Source: Selaginella moellendorffii
Taxonomy: Eukaryota > Plantae > Lycopodiophyta
DNA: 64,000 bases
Direction of reading: 5' to 3'
Assembly: GCF_000143415.4 (NCBI RefSeq)
Contig: NW_003314387.1
Span: forward strand, 248,001-312,000
Position numbers and translations under genes: made by a program. Below, piece after piece: positions 60,801-64,000 of the stretch; position 1 is the stretch's first letter, and every line of letters begins with the position of its first letter. Below the pieces are notes generated by a model, which made no database searches, was not told where the DNA came from, and saw only the letters and a list, made by a program, of their open reading frames with translations.

Positions 60801-62105
60801 TGCTTGTCATGGTCTGATGTGTGCTAGTTTGAAGGTGAGTGTTTTGGTTTGAGCCAGACCAGATCACCCAAGAGAGAAGAAAGACCACGCTCTCGCTCAG
60901 CTCCACTCTTACTTACATGAGATTGGGACAAGCACGGCAATCCAACGCTGCTCGAGTGGTTGGAATGCGATCGAGAAAGTGTGGAGCAAGGTCGTCAGTA
61001 GTCCTCTAGATCGCCGTGCCATTTTGCTATTTTGACGAAGCATGTAGGAGGAGCCAGTGGTGGATTCACGAATTCTTAATTACAGTCCGTGGCCGTGGAT
61101 TCTTGCAACTCGCTGGCCATGCTCTCGCGATGGAGGGGTATATCGCTAGAGAGGGTGTGGTGCTCACGGCGCTGCTCAGCATATTTATGCTCGCTGCCGT
61201 AGCCTCGACGATGCACGGAAATATTTCGACGAGATGTTCTCTCAAGTCGGGATTTGCTGGAACTCGCTCCCTCAGAGTGGATCCGGCAAGCAAGCGCTGC
61301 AAATCTTCCCCGAGATAGATCTCGTTGGTCGGAAAAAGTCAACGTGCGTCCATGGCAGTCCAAGGGATGGCGCTTTGCGTGACGATGGTAAGAGCCTGAA
61401 AGGTGCAAACTTCAAATCAAATCAAAAAGTAAGATCCCAGCCACCAATAGCTTTTGCAAAAAATTTCTCCTGTTTCGCCATCGCTCCTAGAAATCTTACT
61501 ACTGCTGCTGGATCAGTGGCAATTGGCTCCTGTGCCACAAACTTGGACACCCCCTCTAGCTGAAATTCAAGGACATCACATAGAAAATGGAGTGCAATGA
61601 TCGAGATACTTTCCTAGACAAGGCTGCATTGCTGCAAGTTTCAGCTCCTCTCCTCGTCCAAACCTGTTGATGTTCAAGCGAGCAATGCTGAGACGTGTTA
61701 GTCTCGGCTAGATGGACACACTGACCATGATTATCGTGGCTGCTGCTGTTCAAGCACTCCAGCTCCAAGATGCCACTGACACATCCAATTCCATAAAGAC
61801 CCACCCGTCCACATACGGGCCCGGCAAGTCTGGACTAGGTCGACCACTGTCTTTTGGTCTCTGGAAAGCTGCGGGATGGAGAAAGAGGGAGAAATTCCAA
61901 TATCGCGGAGAAACCCCAACGTCGCCTACACTTGAAAAAAATAAATTAGTTGGTTCTCTGGCTGTGGATTTGAAGCTGTGACCTTGCCAATAAATTTCTT
62001 TATTCTAACCAGATATCCGGCCAACAGGTTCCCGTCCAAATATACATTAATAGCTTGTTAACGTGTTTGTTACTTTCAGATTACGTTTGCTTTTGAACGA
62101 ATCAT
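57900..62105. repeat. Mosaic repeat array 2 (same blocks and orientation as array 1)
   Basis: 57950-59500 matches 47900-49210; 59560-61080 matches 46170-47450; 61170-61530 matches 47575-47880; 61620-62100 repeats the start of the unit. Confidence 0.88.
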
Positions 62106-62785
62106 CAATTGCAATTGGGTACCTCTGTACTTAATAAATTAGTGTGTCTCACCTCCAGATAAGCAAAACAGCATTGTTGTAAGTTAGATTAATGCTCCAA
62201 AATAAGTACTTCTTGCAAACCTCCAAACATTTCTAGTTATAAGCTTCCACAAGATTTTGATCTCGCATTTCCTGGCAGAAAGATCATGCAAGACATCAAG
62301 GATTTTGAAGCACAAGGAGAAGCCAAGGCCCCTAGAACTGGAGGCTTGTAACGTCTACAAGCAAAGCTACTTCCTTTACAAAGCTTTATTCACGTTGGGA
62401 GCTTTGTTCTGAGATTGAAAATGCAGATAAACGACTTGCAATCAACCTGTGACAGGAAACTGGAGGAGCTCGTGCTCCTTCTCAAGGGCTTACGTGTTTT
62501 TCATACAAAGGCAAGTTTTCAAGCCTTCACTCCTCAATATAAAATGTGCAAAGTGGATGATCTACTAGGAGGGACTTTGATGTGTTTGCCAAGGAGGTCG
62601 GGGAACTTGCAAAAGCTGGTCCGGTGACTCAAGGGACGGCTCAAGGAGAAGACGCCCAAGAAAACAATTAGAATATTCTCGGCTAGATCGAGTCACATCT
62701 CAGCCGTCGGTAAAACGCCATCCCAGCCGTCGACAAATAGTCGTTATGAGAAGCTAGGGTTTCTACCCTTTCTATTACTCATATC

Positions 62786-63686
62786 ATGCGCGAGAGGAGA
62801 AGCTCTGCGATGGTGCGCGAAGACGGTGAGTTCGAGGACGACGATTGTGCCGAGCTCCTCAAGATCTACACGAGGGGCCAGAGGCTGGGCTGCGGGAGCC
62901 AGGGCCAGGTTTTCGTGCTCAAGGGTGCTACGAGCTAATGTTTCCATCGGGGAGGGAGGCCGGGACGGCTCATGTCCAAGCTCCGCGGCTGCGCTGGAGT
63001 GGTCTCGTTGGCGGGCTTCGTGAAGGAGAGGAGCGGCGGGGCTTGCTACGGGACCATGGTCATGGAGCTGTGCGGTCCTAGCCTGTTCCATCGATTGATC
63101 AAGGGAGGGCCGCTGGGCGAGGAGGAGGCCGCCAAGACCATCCAGATGCTGGCGGAGGCGCTCAAGGGGATACGTACCAGCGGCATCGTCCACCGGGATC
63201 TCAAGCCGGAGAACATTGCCGAAATCTCCAATCACCACCTCATGCAAGGTCAAGCTGGACGCTATTGCCGTGCACGAGGTGGTGATTGGAGATTTCGGCA
63301 TGGCCACTGACGACCCCAAGGAGATGTCACAGTGCTGTGGAACCGGGAAGTTTATGGCCCCAGAGGTGACGAGCTGCAAGGGTGGTCATGGCGATGCAAG
63401 GTCATAGAGCTTTTACACTGCAGCCATCGACGTGTGGGCACTGGGAGTGATCGCATATGAGCTGCTGAGAGGCTACAAGCAATCCAAGGAGATCGAGTTG
63501 TTGCGAACCGGGGAATTCCTAGATGGTTGTCCTCTCTCAGACGAGGCGGTGGATCTCATCTGCGGGATGCTGGCTGTGGAGCCGAGCGAGAGGTTGATGC
63601 TGGATGGTGTGCTGGAGCATCCCTGGATCGTGGAGAATTGCAGAAGATCAAGAAGACGATTCAAAGGAGGAGGCGCTGTGGAGTGA
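62786..63686 (+). pseudogene. Intronless Ser/Thr (CAMK-like) kinase pseudogene
   Basis: LGCGSQGQV, VMELCG, IVHRDLKPEN, IGDFGMA, CGTGKFMAPEV, DVWALGVIAYELL, LEHPW. VAxK segment missing; frameshifts and in-frame stops. Confidence 0.85.
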
Positions 63687-64000
63687 AGAGGAGTGCTCCC
63701 GGTTTTAGTAGCGACTAAGAAAGTTCAAGCAGCTTGAGTGTCTTAAATACATGCCTCCATCAGCCAACTTGGTGAGCGCCTTACATGAAGAGATAAATGT
63801 AAACCAGGGTGTAATTTGATCATACAAATCATAGTTTAAAAACAATGATATAACGTGAATTTGGCTACCACTTGGTATGGTCCAAGCCCAGCTCGAAAAC
63901 GCTCCTGTCTGCTTGTCGCGTGAAGCCTTCACCACTTTGCATCTGGTAGCCAGAAGATCCGGGAGAAATGGCATGGCTTGGACGACCTCTCGAGCGAGTT

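Noticed and set aside
62786-63686. Functional kinase gene rescued by introns
   Set aside because: The catalytic-lysine strand is missing, and the breaks are not flanked by plausible GT-AG introns.

Overview
Gene-dense land-plant nuclear DNA. Introns of 50-75 bp, intronless GC-rich PLS-class PPR genes and tiny intergenic gaps suggest a compact lycophyte genome such as Selaginella; this is an inference. Intact-looking genes are three PLS-E PPRs, an F-box/LRR gene, NOP14, an L-gulonolactone oxidase, a class III peroxidase, a plastid YbeY-HAD fusion, an unknown transit-peptide protein, two tRNA-Thr(AGT) and one tRNA-Leu(TAG). Two genes look like Crinkler (CR)-type effectors: a P-loop NTPase + restriction-endonuclease-fold (REase) protein at 35474-37787, and a Q/G/P/Y-rich + REase + protein kinase at 40892-43741. 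These are the two classic CR toxin architectures, here 3 kb apart. Mobile DNA includes several copies of one short-LTR Ty3/gypsy family, two of them fused head-to-head into a ~9 kb inverted structure, and a MITE with a 4-bp target-site duplication (TSD). Other features are a G:U-rich 120-nt pre-miRNA-like hairpin, pseudo-tRNAs, and many deletion-riddled copies of the window's own genes, including two mosaic repeat arrays that flank a four-gene block. All calls come from reading the sequence by eye; no searches were run.
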